The notes under the pieces are model-generated. The model made no database searches, was not told the DNA's origin, and saw nothing but the letters and a program-made list of their open reading frames with translations. Made by a program: the position numbers and the translations under genes. Source: an uncultured bacterium (GTDB lineage Bacteria; Chlamydiota; Chlamydiia; Chlamydiales; SM23-39). From it: a stretch of 64,000 bases of DNA. The stretch spans positions 16,038-80,037 of the forward strand of contig CAYRJU010000004.1 in the NCBI GenBank assembly GCA_964424735.1, given 5' to 3'. Positions 47,466 through 56,718 of this stretch are shown here, piece by piece. The stretch's first letter is position 1. Every line of letters begins with the position of its first letter.

Positions 47466-47978
47466 ATGACTAACCCAGTAAATGACAGACCTCATCATCA
47501 AGTAAAACAGCTGCTCAATGAGCGTTTACTCCCTCCTTTGACGGATGTTGCTTTTCAATATCTTATTTCTTATCGAGTTGACGTTACCTCGGAGCCTTCA
47601 AAACCGGGGAGTGAGTTGGTCATTCAGCAACTATTCAATGATTGTTTGTTGTTAAGCTCTGTAACTCTCCGGTCTACTCCACACCTTTCTGTATTCACCG
47701 GCAATGGTGATGAAAGAGATCAGAATGTGTTGCGACAAATCCAAGCCCATCTCAATTCTACTGGGGAAATGGCTCTAAGCTACTTTAAAAGTTATGCAGC
47801 AATATATACAGGAGCACCTGGGGTTTTTTTGAATACAGGAAAACTTATGGAGACTCTTGATAAAGGCCAACCATTAACGGCAGAGCTGGCTGAAGAGGAA
47901 ATTGTTCAGGAGAAAAGAAACGCCGCATATTTGGAAGTTCTTGCGGGGACTAAAGACCCTGGATGCTTGGACTACTAG
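47466..47978 (+). CDS. Hypothetical protein, possible N-terminal F-box-like motif
   Basis: 170 aa from ATG 47466 after an AT-rich spacer; LLNERLLPPLTDVAFQYL. Confidence 0.55.
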   Translation: MTNPVNDRPHHQVKQLLNERLLPPLTDVAFQYLISYRVDVTSEPSKPGSELVIQQLFNDCLLLSSVTLRSTPHLSVFTGNGDERDQNVLRQIQAHLNSTGEMALSYFKSYAAIYTGAPGVFLNTGKLMETLDKGQPLTAELAEEEIVQEKRNAAYLEVLAGTKDPGCLDY

Positions 47979-48030
47979 CCCCTTGCGTCTTCCTAATAGC
48001 AATCGCCCTGGCCGGGAATCCGCAGCAGAT

Positions 48031-49419
48031 TTAAGCCAACTTCTTTCTCAATACAGAAACCAATTCCCCGATAGGTACTCTCGTTTGTTGCATCGAGTCT
48101 CGATCGCGCAGCGTCACGGTGTTGTTTTCGAGAGTGTCGAAGTCGATGGTCACGCAAAAGGGCGTGCCGAGCTCATCTTGGCGCCGGTAGCGCTTGCCGA
48201 TGGCTCCCGACTCATCGTACTCAGAGAGGAAATGGGCCTGCAGCTCCTCGAACACTTCTTGAGCTTTGGGTCCTAAAGGATCTTTCTTCATCAGAGGGAA
48301 GACGGCCACTTTGACGGGGGCTACGCGGGGGTGCAGGTGCAAGACGGTGCGCATCTCCCCATTTTCGAGCTGCTCTTCGTCGTAGGCATCGCAGAGAAGA
48401 GCGAGGAGAGTTCTCTCCACGCCAAAGGTGGGCTCGATCACGTGGGGCACGAATTTTTCGCGCGTTTCGGGATCGGTGTATTCGAGAGATTGTCCCGAGA
48501 ATTCTGCATGGCGAGAAAGGTCGAAATCGGTGCGGTAAGCGAGGCCGTAGAGTTCTGAGGTGCCAAAGGGAAAATCGTACACGAGATCGACAGTTCTCTT
48601 GGAATAGTGGGAAAGCTGTTCTTTGGGATGCTCTTTTTCATGGATGCGTGTTTTTTTGAGGCCGATCGATTGGCACCAATCGTGCATGGCTTTTAGCCAT
48701 TCTTCAAACGTCTTTTCCCAAGCTTCTTTCCGGATGAAGTATTCGATCTCCATTTGCTCGAACTCGATGACGCGAAAGACAAAATTTCCTGGCGTGATCT
48801 CATTGCGAAACGCTTTTCCAATTTGCGCAACTCCAAAAGGGATGCGCACCCGCATGGTGTCGAGGATGTTTTTGAAATCGAGAAAGATCGCTTGGGCCGT
48901 TTCGGGTCTGAGATAAGCCACATCGCCATCCGTGCCCGTCTTGCTCATGTGGGTCGAAAACATCAGATTGAAGTGGCGGGCATTGGTAAAATCTTGGGCG
49001 CCACATTTTGGGCATTTTACTTTTTTGGACTGAACGAGCTGGGTCATCTGTTCCAAAGTAAGGCCATCTGCATTTTGCCCGAGAGCCTCTTCGATCAAGT
49101 GATCGCAGCGGAATCTGCTCTTGCACGCCTTGCAGTCGATCATGGCGTCATTGAATCCTTCCAAGTGACCTGAGGCGGCCCATGCTTTGGGGTGGAGGAG
49201 AATGGGGCCATCGAGCCCTACCATGTCCCGTCTTTTTTGCACAAAAGTTTGCCACCAGAGATCTTTTACATTTTTTTTGAGCTGCGCGCCATAAGGGCCA
49301 AAGGAGTAGGTATTGGCAAAACCGCCATAAATTTCAGAGCCAGGATAGATGAAACCCCTTCGTTTACAAAGGGCTACGATGGATTTTAGGGAATCTTGAA
49401 TGTTTTTGACTTGGGACAT
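48031..49419 (-). CDS. glyQS: Glycine-tRNA ligase, alpha2 (homodimeric) type
   Basis: [52 protein letters not shown] anticodon domain; about 462 aa. Confidence 0.93.
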   Translation of the reverse strand: MSQVKNIQDSLKSIVALCKRRGFIYPGSEIYGGFANTYSFGPYGAQLKKNVKDLWWQTFVQKRRDMVGLDGPILLHPKAWAASGHLEGFNDAMIDCKACKSRFRCDHLIEEALGQNADGLTLEQMTQLVQSKKVKCPKCGAQDFTNARHFNLMFSTHMSKTGTDGDVAYLRPETAQAIFLDFKNILDTMRVRIPFGVAQIGKAFRNEITPGNFVFRVIEFEQMEIEYFIRKEAWEKTFEEWLKAMHDWCQSIGLKKTRIHEKEHPKEQLSHYSKRTVDLVYDFPFGTSELYGLAYRTDFDLSRHAEFSGQSLEYTDPETREKFVPHVIEPTFGVERTLLALLCDAYDEEQLENGEMRTVLHLHPRVAPVKVAVFPLMKKDPLGPKAQEVFEELQAHFLSEYDESGAIGKRYRRQDELGTPFCVTIDFDTLENNTVTLRDRDSMQQTRVPIGELVSVLRKKLA

Positions 49420-49455
49420 AAACCTGTATTCATTTAAAGTAGCCAATCGTAGCAC

Positions 49456-50118
49456 ATGGAAGACTTTAGCTTAAATCTTTTATGCCGGGGAAAGAGCCAT
49501 CTACTCCCTATGACCCTTGACTCTTTGAAGGTCCAAAATGGACTTTTCGAGGTCATTCTCCTCGATGAAGAGGGGAATGGAAAACTCCACGAGATCGCAA
49601 GGCGTTATACGGATCTTCCGATCCGGATCCTCCCTGGCAAGGGGAAAAGCCTTGCCGAGCTCATGAATTTAGGGCTCAGCGCATCGAAGGGCAAGTACAT
49701 CCAGTTTTTAGAAGCGGGAGATCGCTACATTTCTCAATACGGCCTTTCGTATCTTTCCGAGCTCATAGCTCCTCATCCTCCTCTCATTGCAGCGCGCGGG
49801 ATAGAAGAGGGGACAGAGTCTCACTGGTTTTTGAGAAAAAAACTCGTTGAGATGGGAGGTTTTAATGAACAAATTATCTTTAGGCCTCTCTTTGATCTTC
49901 TTTGTCGGCTGCAAAAACAGGGTGTTGAACCGCTTCTTTCTACGCGGGTGCTCGTCGACGAACCTCCAAAAAAGAAAAATGGATCTTTTTGGGAGACTTG
50001 CAAAATTCTCTACCGTCATTTTGGGCTCAAACAGGTAGCGAAATGGCTTTTGCAAGGGCACTCCCACAACCTACATAAAGCCGCCACTTTTTTCAAAAAC
50101 GCCTTCTGGCGCGAATAA
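49456..50118 (+). CDS. Glycosyltransferase family 2-like protein
   Basis: SLKVQ...[22 protein letters not shown]; DxD positions degenerate. Confidence 0.65.
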   Translation: MEDFSLNLLCRGKSHLLPMTLDSLKVQNGLFEVILLDEEGNGKLHEIARRYTDLPIRILPGKGKSLAELMNLGLSASKGKYIQFLEAGDRYISQYGLSYLSELIAPHPPLIAARGIEEGTESHWFLRKKLVEMGGFNEQIIFRPLFDLLCRLQKQGVEPLLSTRVLVDEPPKKKNGSFWETCKILYRHFGLKQVAKWLLQGHSHNLHKAATFFKNAFWRE

Positions 50119-50140
50119 CAAAAAATAGATAAGAAGAGAG

Positions 50141-50220
50141 TAATTCAACATGTCGGGGACAAAGCGGATACGCCCCGAAACGGGGCCCCGTTCCGCCCTC
50201 GTCCCCGACATGTTGAATTA
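50141..50220. repeat. Hairpin repeat family A, copy 3
   Basis: 20-bp perfect arms TAATTCAACATGTCGGGGAC / GTCCCCGACATGTTGAATTA; between convergent genes. Confidence 0.9.
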
Positions 50221-50255
50221 TGTCTTCTTATTTTTTCTCATCCAATATGTGTGGA

Positions 50256-50750
50256 TTAGTATTTGGGTTGGTGGTTGAGCCAGCGCTTGATCCAGGCGTC
50301 TAGGGAGATTCGGCCTGGGCCAAAGGCCAAGACCATGAGGGTCGTAATGAGAAAAGGATAGGGACTTTGACTCACAAGAGACTTCGGATCGAGAATGAAA
50401 TTGAAATTCGTCAGGTTTTCCGCATGGGCCGTGCTGAGAGCTGTGACGAGAATGATGATGAGAGGAATCGAAATGAGCCTAGAAGCCAATCCAATGATCA
50501 GCAGGATCCCCCCAACTGATTCAAAAAAACCAACTAGATAGGCATGTAGTTCTGGATGGGGAATGCCGAGCTGGGTAAAGAGGGCGGTTGGCCCCTGAAT
50601 ATTTTTGAGTTTTTCCATCCCCGCTAAAAAAAATTGATGCCCCCAGGTCAAACGCATATATAAGAGAAATAGACTCTGTAGGTTAGATCCGATTTTGATG
50701 AAAAACCCATAACATTTATCCATCCAGTAGAGAAATCGGTTCTGAAGCAT
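50256..50750 (-). CDS. DoxX family membrane protein
   Basis: RLTWG..F..AG..K, ESVGGILLIIGL, GPGRISLD. Confidence 0.88.
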   Translation of the reverse strand: MLQNRFLYWMDKCYGFFIKIGSNLQSLFLLYMRLTWGHQFFLAGMEKLKNIQGPTALFTQLGIPHPELHAYLVGFFESVGGILLIIGLASRLISIPLIIILVTALSTAHAENLTNFNFILDPKSLVSQSPYPFLITTLMVLAFGPGRISLDAWIKRWLNHQPKY

Positions 50751-50793
50751 ATCTATCCCCTTTTATGGCTATTATGCTATACTTTTTAGCACT

Positions 50794-51825
50794 ATGAAAG
50801 AAATTTGTTCATTTTCCCTGGAAAGCCTCAAGACTTGGATGGAAGAAAACGGAGAAAAAGCATTCCGTGCGGGTCAGATTTTTGATTGGATCTACATCAA
50901 AGATGCTCCCCATTTTGAAGCCATGACCAACTTGAGTAAATCTTTTCGAGAAAAATTGACGAAAGAGTTTTCCTTTCCCATTTTAAAACTCTTGAAAACA
51001 GTTGAATCAGAAGATTTGGAAACGATCAAATTTCTCTGGGAACTTCCCGATCAAAAAAGAGTCGAATCGGTTCTCATTCTCTCGGGCGATCGGCGAACCG
51101 TTTGCATCTCCTGTCAGGTAGGCTGTCCAGCTCGTTGCGCTTTTTGCGCTTCGGGGAAAGAGGGGCTTTTGAGAAATTTGAGTGCGGCAGAAATTGTCGA
51201 GCAGGTTTTGCACATCAACCGCTTTCTCAAACAAAAAGGGGAAAGAGTTTCCCACCTCGTCTTCATGGGGATGGGGGAGCCGATGGAAAATTACGATGCC
51301 GTTGTGAAGGCCATTCAGATCTTTCATGCCGAAGAGGGTCTCAATATTTCTCAAAGAAGGATCACCGTTTCTACGGTAGGTGTTGTCGAGGGTATTCACA
51401 AACTGGCCAAAGAGGAGCTCAAAGTCAATCTCGTCCTTTCTCTGCACGCTCCCAATCAACACATTCGGAAAAAAATCATTCCTTATGCTCGCAAATACCC
51501 GTTTGAAGAGGTTTTGCTCGCAATGGACTTCTATTCAAAAGAGACGAAGCGAGATATCACCTACGAATACACGCTCATGGCGGGGATTAATGACCGGTCA
51601 GAGCACGCGGAAGAACTCGCGCATCTCTTGTCGGGGAAACAGTGTACTGTCAATCTCATTCCCTATAATCCAGTAGAAGGGCTGCAATTGCAAAGGCCCA
51701 AACGAGAGACGATCGAAGTGTTTCGCGAAATCTTGGAGCATGCTGGGATCAACACGACTTGGCGCTACACGAAAGGAAAAGATATTGCCGCAGCGTGTGG
51801 GCAGTTAGCGTTGCAAAAAAGTTAG
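50794..51825 (+). CDS. rlmN: 23S rRNA m2A2503 / tRNA methyltransferase
   Basis: CISCQVGCPARCAFC radical SAM motif, MGMGEP, SLHAP, AACGQL. Confidence 0.96.
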   Translation: MKEICSFSLESLKTWMEENGEKAFRAGQIFDWIYIKDAPHFEAMTNLSKSFREKLTKEFSFPILKLLKTVESEDLETIKFLWELPDQKRVESVLILSGDRRTVCISCQVGCPARCAFCASGKEGLLRNLSAAEIVEQVLHINRFLKQKGERVSHLVFMGMGEPMENYDAVVKAIQIFHAEEGLNISQRRITVSTVGVVEGIHKLAKEELKVNLVLSLHAPNQHIRKKIIPYARKYPFEEVLLAMDFYSKETKRDITYEYTLMAGINDRSEHAEELAHLLSGKQCTVNLIPYNPVEGLQLQRPKRETIEVFREILEHAGINTTWRYTKGKDIAAACGQLALQKS

Positions 51826-51847
51826 GTCTTGATTACTCTGTTCAATC

Positions 51848-52429
51848 ATGAACCCTTCGCATTGGTTGACCCTTCTTAGAATTTTTTTGAGTCCCATTTT
51901 TCCCATTCTTTATTTAGAGAGAGAATGGCTCGGTATTCCCCTGACTGCGCTTCCCTATATTTTGCTCTTTCTCTTGATCATTTGCGAATGTTCCGATGTA
52001 TTGGATGGGATGCTCGCGAGAAAGCGCAATGAAGTGACAGAGCTCGGAAAAGTGCTCGATCCCATGGCAGATAGCATCACGCACATTTCTCTTTTTCTCA
52101 CCTTTACACAAGGTTTTGTCGCACTCCCGCTCCTTCTCGTTCTCATCTTTTTGTATCGCGACTTTTTTGTCAGCACTCTGAGAACTCTTTGCGCTCTACG
52201 CGGCGTTGCACTTGCTGCCAGATTCAGTGGGAAGATGAAGGCGATCTTACAAGCAGCGGTTGCTTTTTTGATTCTAATCTTGATGATTCCCTATTCGACG
52301 GGACTCATTTCTCTTGAATCGTTTCAACAGGTCTGTCTCTTTGCCGTTTCGATAGCCGCACTTTATACTGCGATTTCAATTGGCGACTACGTTTATGCGA
52401 ATTGGATTTACATCAAGCGTGCTTTTTAA
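51848..52429 (+). CDS. pgsA: CDP-diacylglycerol-glycerol-3-phosphate phosphatidyltransferase
   Basis: DVLDGMLAR...T.LGKVLDPMAD. Confidence 0.9.
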   Translation: MNPSHWLTLLRIFLSPIFPILYLEREWLGIPLTALPYILLFLLIICECSDVLDGMLARKRNEVTELGKVLDPMADSITHISLFLTFTQGFVALPLLLVLIFLYRDFFVSTLRTLCALRGVALAARFSGKMKAILQAAVAFLILILMIPYSTGLISLESFQQVCLFAVSIAALYTAISIGDYVYANWIYIKRAF

Positions 52430-53866
52430 GAGATTCCGATAAATTTTTAGATATTCTTGCGTTGGATCTTTCCAGCTAAAATCGGTCTGCATGCCCCGCC
52501 GAATCAGAGATTGAAAAGTAGCTGGATCCGAATGGAAGAGTTGGAAGGCTCTTTCTAGCGTCTGATTGAAGGAGGATTTGGTGGCCTCTTTAAACGAAAA
52601 GCCATTGCGCTTTTGGTTTGGAATTTCTGGATTTTCACAATCGAAGACGGTGTCTTTCAATCCCCCGGTTGCGCGGACGATGGGAACTGTGCCGTAGCGC
52701 ATGGCAATCATTTGAGTGAGACCGCAAGGCTCAAAGTGCGAAGGAACGAGGAGAAAGTCGAGCGCCGCGTACATCTGGTGGGCAAGAGTCTCATTGTAAT
52801 CAAAGTGTAAAAAGACCTGGTCGTTTCCCTTGTATTTCTTTTGAAGTGTGTTGAAATGCTCTTGCAATTTTGGGTTTGAAGCTGAACCGAGGAGAAGGAA
52901 ACTGCCGCCGAGTTTGAGAGTTGTAAAAAGCGCCTCTTCGAGAAGTTCTGGTCCTTTTTGAGGAACGAGTCTCGTGATAGCGCCTACCCAAGGACGCTTT
53001 TTAGCATCGAGTTTGAATTTTCCTTTTGCTGCTGCTTTGCCTTTCAAAACCGATTCAACAGCATAGGGTTTTGAAAGATCGGGATCGTTTTCTGGATCCC
53101 AGATCTTCGTGTCGATTCCGTTGAGAATTCCCACGATTTTGGATTTGTGTTTGCGCAAAGTCACATCCAACCCCGCTCCATACTCTTTTGTGAGGATCTC
53201 TTTGGCATATGTGGGAGAAACGGGTACAAGAGCATCGGAAAAGACAAGCCCCCCTTTCAATAAATTGATCGTTTTCGGATGGAGAGGATTGTTATCCTGA
53301 AGCAAATTTGGTTGGAGATAGGCCTCCCCATCCAATCCAATTTGGTCTAAATCTTGAACGGCGCATTTACCCTGGTACTCGATGTTGTGGATCGAAAGGA
53401 CAATGGCCTTCACCTGGAGTCGTTTAAAGTAATTTCTTACCATGGGAGCGCAAAGGCTCACATGCCAATCGTGCAAATGGAGAATGTCGATCGGTTGGTT
53501 TTGCTGGGCCAAATACTCAAGAGCTGCTCTTGAAAAGTAGGTAAATCTGGCAATATCGTCCTCACACCCGTAAATTTTTCCTCGATGGAAATACCCGGCT
53601 GGGTGCCTCGATTCTAAAAGTCTCAAATGGCACTCTTCATACCGGCAGCTCCAAAGGGCATTCTGATTCTCAAGACATTTAAAGTTAGGAACTTCCAATT
53701 TTAAATTCTGAACTTTAGAGAGATCGATGAAGTCATATTTGGGCAAGATGACTTCGACATCGAGTCTTTTTTTAGTCAGCTCTCTACTTAACCCCAATAG
53801 AACTTCACCCAACCCCCCCGCCTTAGCGATTGGAGCAAACTCAGCAGCCAAATGAACAACACGCAT
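52376..53866 (-). CDS. glgA: Glycogen synthase
   Basis: KAGGLG, HLHDWH, HNIEYQG, GILNGID, RLVPQKG, EPCGLTQMIAMRYG. Confidence 0.95.
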   Translation of the reverse strand: MRVVHLAAEFAPIAKAGGLGEVLLGLSRELTKKRLDVEVILPKYDFIDLSKVQNLKLEVPNFKCLENQNALWSCRYEECHLRLLESRHPAGYFHRGKIYGCEDDIARFTYFSRAALEYLAQQNQPIDILHLHDWHVSLCAPMVRNYFKRLQVKAIVLSIHNIEYQGKCAVQDLDQIGLDGEAYLQPNLLQDNNPLHPKTINLLKGGLVFSDALVPVSPTYAKEILTKEYGAGLDVTLRKHKSKIVGILNGIDTKIWDPENDPDLSKPYAVESVLKGKAAAKGKFKLDAKKRPWVGAITRLVPQKGPELLEEALFTTLKLGGSFLLLGSASNPKLQEHFNTLQKKYKGNDQVFLHFDYNETLAHQMYAALDFLLVPSHFEPCGLTQMIAMRYGTVPIVRATGGLKDTVFDCENPEIPNQKRNGFSFKEATKSSFNQTLERAFQLFHSDPATFQSLIRRGMQTDFSWKDPTQEYLKIYRNLLKSTLDVNPIRINVVAN

Positions 53867-53947
53867 AATTTTGCATATAGCGCACCCCGAAAATAGAAAA
53901 AAGAGAAATGAGAATATTTTCTTTAGACCATTCTATTCCCAGACTGC

Positions 53948-53977
53948 TTGCAAAATATTTAGCTTCTTGGCTATGAT
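53948..53977 (+). promoter_or_regulatory. Promoter upstream of tRNA-Gln / prs operon
   Basis: TTGCAA-N18-TATGAT, about 27 nt before the tRNA. Confidence 0.55.
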
Positions 53978-54004
53978 GGCTCCTTTAAATTTTTTCGGTA
54001 GTGA

Positions 54005-54076
54005 TGGGGCGTCGCCAAGCGGTAAGGCAGCGGTTTTTGGTACCGCCATGCGGAGGTTCGAATCCTTCCGCCCCAA
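54005..54076 (+). tRNA. tRNA-Gln (anticodon TTG), CCA not encoded
   Basis: Acceptor TGGGGCG/CGCCCCA, anticodon stem GCGGT-TTTTGGT-ACCGC, T-loop GGTTCGAATCC. Confidence 0.96.
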
Positions 54077-54088
54077 GTAAGAAAAAAG

Positions 54089-55018
54089 ATGAGTCAGATA
54101 CCCCTTTTGTTTGCCGGAACTTCCCACCCTGAGCTGGCTGCCCAGGTGGCAAAATGTTTGGGAGGCAAGGTGGGGAAAGTGGCCATCGAGACTTTTCCTG
54201 ACGGGGAAATTGGGGTGCAAATCCTCGAGAATGTAAGGGGACGGGATGTCTTTGTCATCCAGTCGCTAGCTAAGCACCCAAATCGATTCTTGATGGAATT
54301 GTTGATCTTGGTCGATGCGCTGAAAAGGGCGTCGGCTAAGAGCATTGTGGCGGTTTTGCCCTACTATGCGTATGCCAGGCAGGACCGAAAAGAGAAGGGG
54401 CGCGTGCCCATTACAGCGAGATTGATGGCCAATTTGCTCGAAAGAGCGGGAGTCACTCGCCTCCTGACAATGGATTTGCATACAGAGCAGATCCAGGGAT
54501 TTTTTGATATCCCTGTCGATCACTTGTATGCCCGGCCTCTTTTTGTGGAGGCTTTGAAAAAACGGCGTCTCAAAGATGCCGTGATTGTCTCTCCCGATGT
54601 GGGAAGCAATCGAATGGCGAGAAAATTCGCCGAAGATTTGAAGTTAGAGATCGCGATTGTCGATAAACGGCGCGTCGATGGGGGGCATGTAGAAGCGAAA
54701 GCTCTCATTGGTAGCGTCAAGGGCAAGGTTGCCATTCTCGTCGATGATATCAGTTCGACGGGGGAGACCTTGAAGATGGCAGCGCAAGTTTGTAAAAAAG
54801 AGGGCGCAAAGACCGTTTTGGCCGTTGTGACCCATGCTCTTTTATTGAGTGGGCATAAAGTGAAAGGTGTAGATGAGCTCTATGTGAGCGATTCGGTACC
54901 CCAAAAAGGAAAAATGCGAGATATGCATGTAGTTTCGATCGCACCGCTATTAGCGGAAGCCATCGATTGTGTGATTTCGGCAAAGTCGATCTCATCACTT
55001 TTTAAGAGGAAAATATGA
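54089..55018 (+). CDS. prs: Ribose-phosphate pyrophosphokinase
   Basis: FPDGE, PYYAYARQDRK, DLHTEQIQGFFD, VSPDVG, VDDISSTGET. Confidence 0.96.
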   Translation: MSQIPLLFAGTSHPELAAQVAKCLGGKVGKVAIETFPDGEIGVQILENVRGRDVFVIQSLAKHPNRFLMELLILVDALKRASAKSIVAVLPYYAYARQDRKEKGRVPITARLMANLLERAGVTRLLTMDLHTEQIQGFFDIPVDHLYARPLFVEALKKRRLKDAVIVSPDVGSNRMARKFAEDLKLEIAIVDKRRVDGGHVEAKALIGSVKGKVAILVDDISSTGETLKMAAQVCKKEGAKTVLAVVTHALLLSGHKVKGVDELYVSDSVPQKGKMRDMHVVSIAPLLAEAIDCVISAKSISSLFKRKI

Positions 55019-55584
55019 AATTGGAATTAGCAAAGAGAACAACCGGCAAAAAGGGAGAGAATAACAAACTCCGCCGGGAGGGAAATATCCCAGCCATTCT
55101 GTACAATTCGAAAAAGGAAGGGAAGCCAGTTGCCGTAAAAGGTGATGAATTCAAGGCGATTTTGCGCACGCTGAAGCCGGGCCTTCTTCCAACAACCGTG
55201 TTTGAACTGACGCTGGATGGCAAAAAGATGAAAGCCATTGTCAAAGAAGTTCAGTATCACGTGGCGAGCTATGAAATTGAGCATGTCGATTTCTTGCAAC
55301 TTTCCGATCAAGAGAAAGTGACGGTGAATGTTCCGATCCAACTCGTTGGAGCTGCTGACTGTGCAGGAGTTAAACTCGGTGGATTTATACGGCAAGTCAT
55401 CCGGTCGTTGAAAGTGACCTGTTTGCCAAAAGATATTCCCCAAGAATTTTCGATCGATGTTCGTGAACTCGGGATTGCAGAGTCCAAGAGATTGTCGGAT
55501 ATCGACATTCCGGCAAGCGTTCGACCCGTTGCCCAGATGAGCGAAGTGGCAGTCCTCGTCGGTAAGAAGGCGGGAGCGGCGTAA
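55015..55584 (+). CDS. rplY: 50S ribosomal protein L25/CTC
   Basis: LRREGNIPAILY, KEVQYH, HVDF, GVKLGG. Confidence 0.93.
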   Translation: MKLELAKRTTGKKGENNKLRREGNIPAILYNSKKEGKPVAVKGDEFKAILRTLKPGLLPTTVFELTLDGKKMKAIVKEVQYHVASYEIEHVDFLQLSDQEKVTVNVPIQLVGAADCAGVKLGGFIRQVIRSLKVTCLPKDIPQEFSIDVRELGIAESKRLSDIDIPASVRPVAQMSEVAVLVGKKAGAA

Positions 55585-55596
55585 TTGAGCTCTTTA

Positions 55597-55783
55597 GAGG
55601 CCCTTGCAAAATTCCACGGCAGCGAAAAATTGATGATTTTGAGCTCAGGTGGAGCCAGCAAGCTGGCCACGGTTCATTCGACGAGGCCAACTCCTGGAAC
55701 CTTTGGAGGGTTGGTCGAGGAGAATAAATGCAGATGAGCTCAAAAGAACAATTTTACGCGCCGAAGAATTTTGCAAGGGCCTC
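55597..55783. mobile_element. MITE-like palindromic element inserted in the 5' end of pth, 187 bp
   Basis: 18-bp perfect TIR GAGGCCCTTGCAAAATTC, imperfect arms to about 50 bp; TTTA duplicated at 55593-55596 and 55784-55787. Confidence 0.85.
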
Positions 55784-56381
55784 TTTAGTCGTGGGTCTTG
55801 GCAATCCGGGCAGAGCTTACAAGAAGACCCGCCACAATATTGGGTTTATGGCTGCAGATCTCTTGGCCCAAAAATGGGGTTTGGAGTTTCGAGAGCAGCA
55901 TGAGTTTAAAGGAGATCTTGCCAAGGGCAAGATCGGTGAGGATTCTCTTTTAGTCCTCAAGCCACTGACCTTTATGAATCTCAGTGGAGAAGCTGTAGCG
56001 CTTGTGATGCGCTACTTTCAGATCGATCTGTCTCGGCTGCTCATCCTCTCGGATGATGTAGCGCTTCCTCTGGGACAGCTGCGCTTGCGCATCAACAGCA
56101 GCTCAGGAGGTCACAATGGCCTCAAGAGCGTTGAAGAGTGTCTGCAGACGATCCGATATCCTAGGCTCCGGATTGGAGTGGGAGATCGAGAAGAAGGGGA
56201 TTTGTCTGACCATGTGTTGGGCAAGTTTTCAAAAGAGGAAGAAACGCTCCTTCCAAGCGTTTTGGAACGAGTCGTCCAAGCTGTTGAAATTTGGCTGGAC
56301 AAAGGTTTAACCAGTGCGATGGATTTTGCCAACAGGCACCCATCGACTCCGAGCATTGGAGAAGAAAATGAAGAAACATGA
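55728..56381 (+). CDS. pth: Peptidyl-tRNA hydrolase with element-derived N-terminus
   Basis: LVVGLGNPG, TRHNIGF, KPLTFMNLSG, SSGGHNGLKS, RLRIGVG; first 19 codons come from the inserted element. Confidence 0.93.
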   Translation: MQMSSKEQFYAPKNFARASLVVGLGNPGRAYKKTRHNIGFMAADLLAQKWGLEFREQHEFKGDLAKGKIGEDSLLVLKPLTFMNLSGEAVALVMRYFQIDLSRLLILSDDVALPLGQLRLRINSSSGGHNGLKSVEECLQTIRYPRLRIGVGDREEGDLSDHVLGKFSKEEETLLPSVLERVVQAVEIWLDKGLTSAMDFANRHPSTPSIGEENEET

Positions 56382-56715
56382 GCGAAAAGGGCTCTATGAG
56401 GGAATGTATATCCTCAGCGCGACGCTGAGCGATGATTCCCGCAAAAAAGCCTTCGATAAGATTACCGATGGAATCACCCAAAAAGGGGGAGAGGTCCATA
56501 AAATCCACGAACAGGGGCGAAAAAGACTCGCCTATGAGATCGATGGAAAGCGAGAAGGCTACTACTACGTCCTCTATTTCACAGCTCCCACCCAAATCAT
56601 CGGCGAGCTTTGGAAGGAATATCACCTGCATGAAGATCTCATTCGATTTGTGACCATGCGCACCGAGAAGGTTCTCGAGACTTTAGAATTCAAATCCCTG
56701 AAGATGCAAGGTTAA
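56368..56715 (+). CDS. rpsF: 30S ribosomal protein S6
   Basis: YEGMYIL, GRKRLAYEI, EGYY, DLIRF; GGAG SD before ATG 56368. Confidence 0.95.
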   Translation: MKKHERKGLYEGMYILSATLSDDSRKKAFDKITDGITQKGGEVHKIHEQGRKRLAYEIDGKREGYYYVLYFTAPTQIIGELWKEYHLHEDLIRFVTMRTEKVLETLEFKSLKMQG

Positions 56716-56718
56716 TCC

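Noticed and set aside
47964-47978. C-terminal CLDY as a second CaaX box
   Set aside because: Asp at the a2 position is incompatible with canonical prenyltransferase recognition
6528-50220. Repeated hairpins as a CRISPR array
   Set aside because: Copies are 14-30 kb apart, not tandem with spacers, and no cas genes are present
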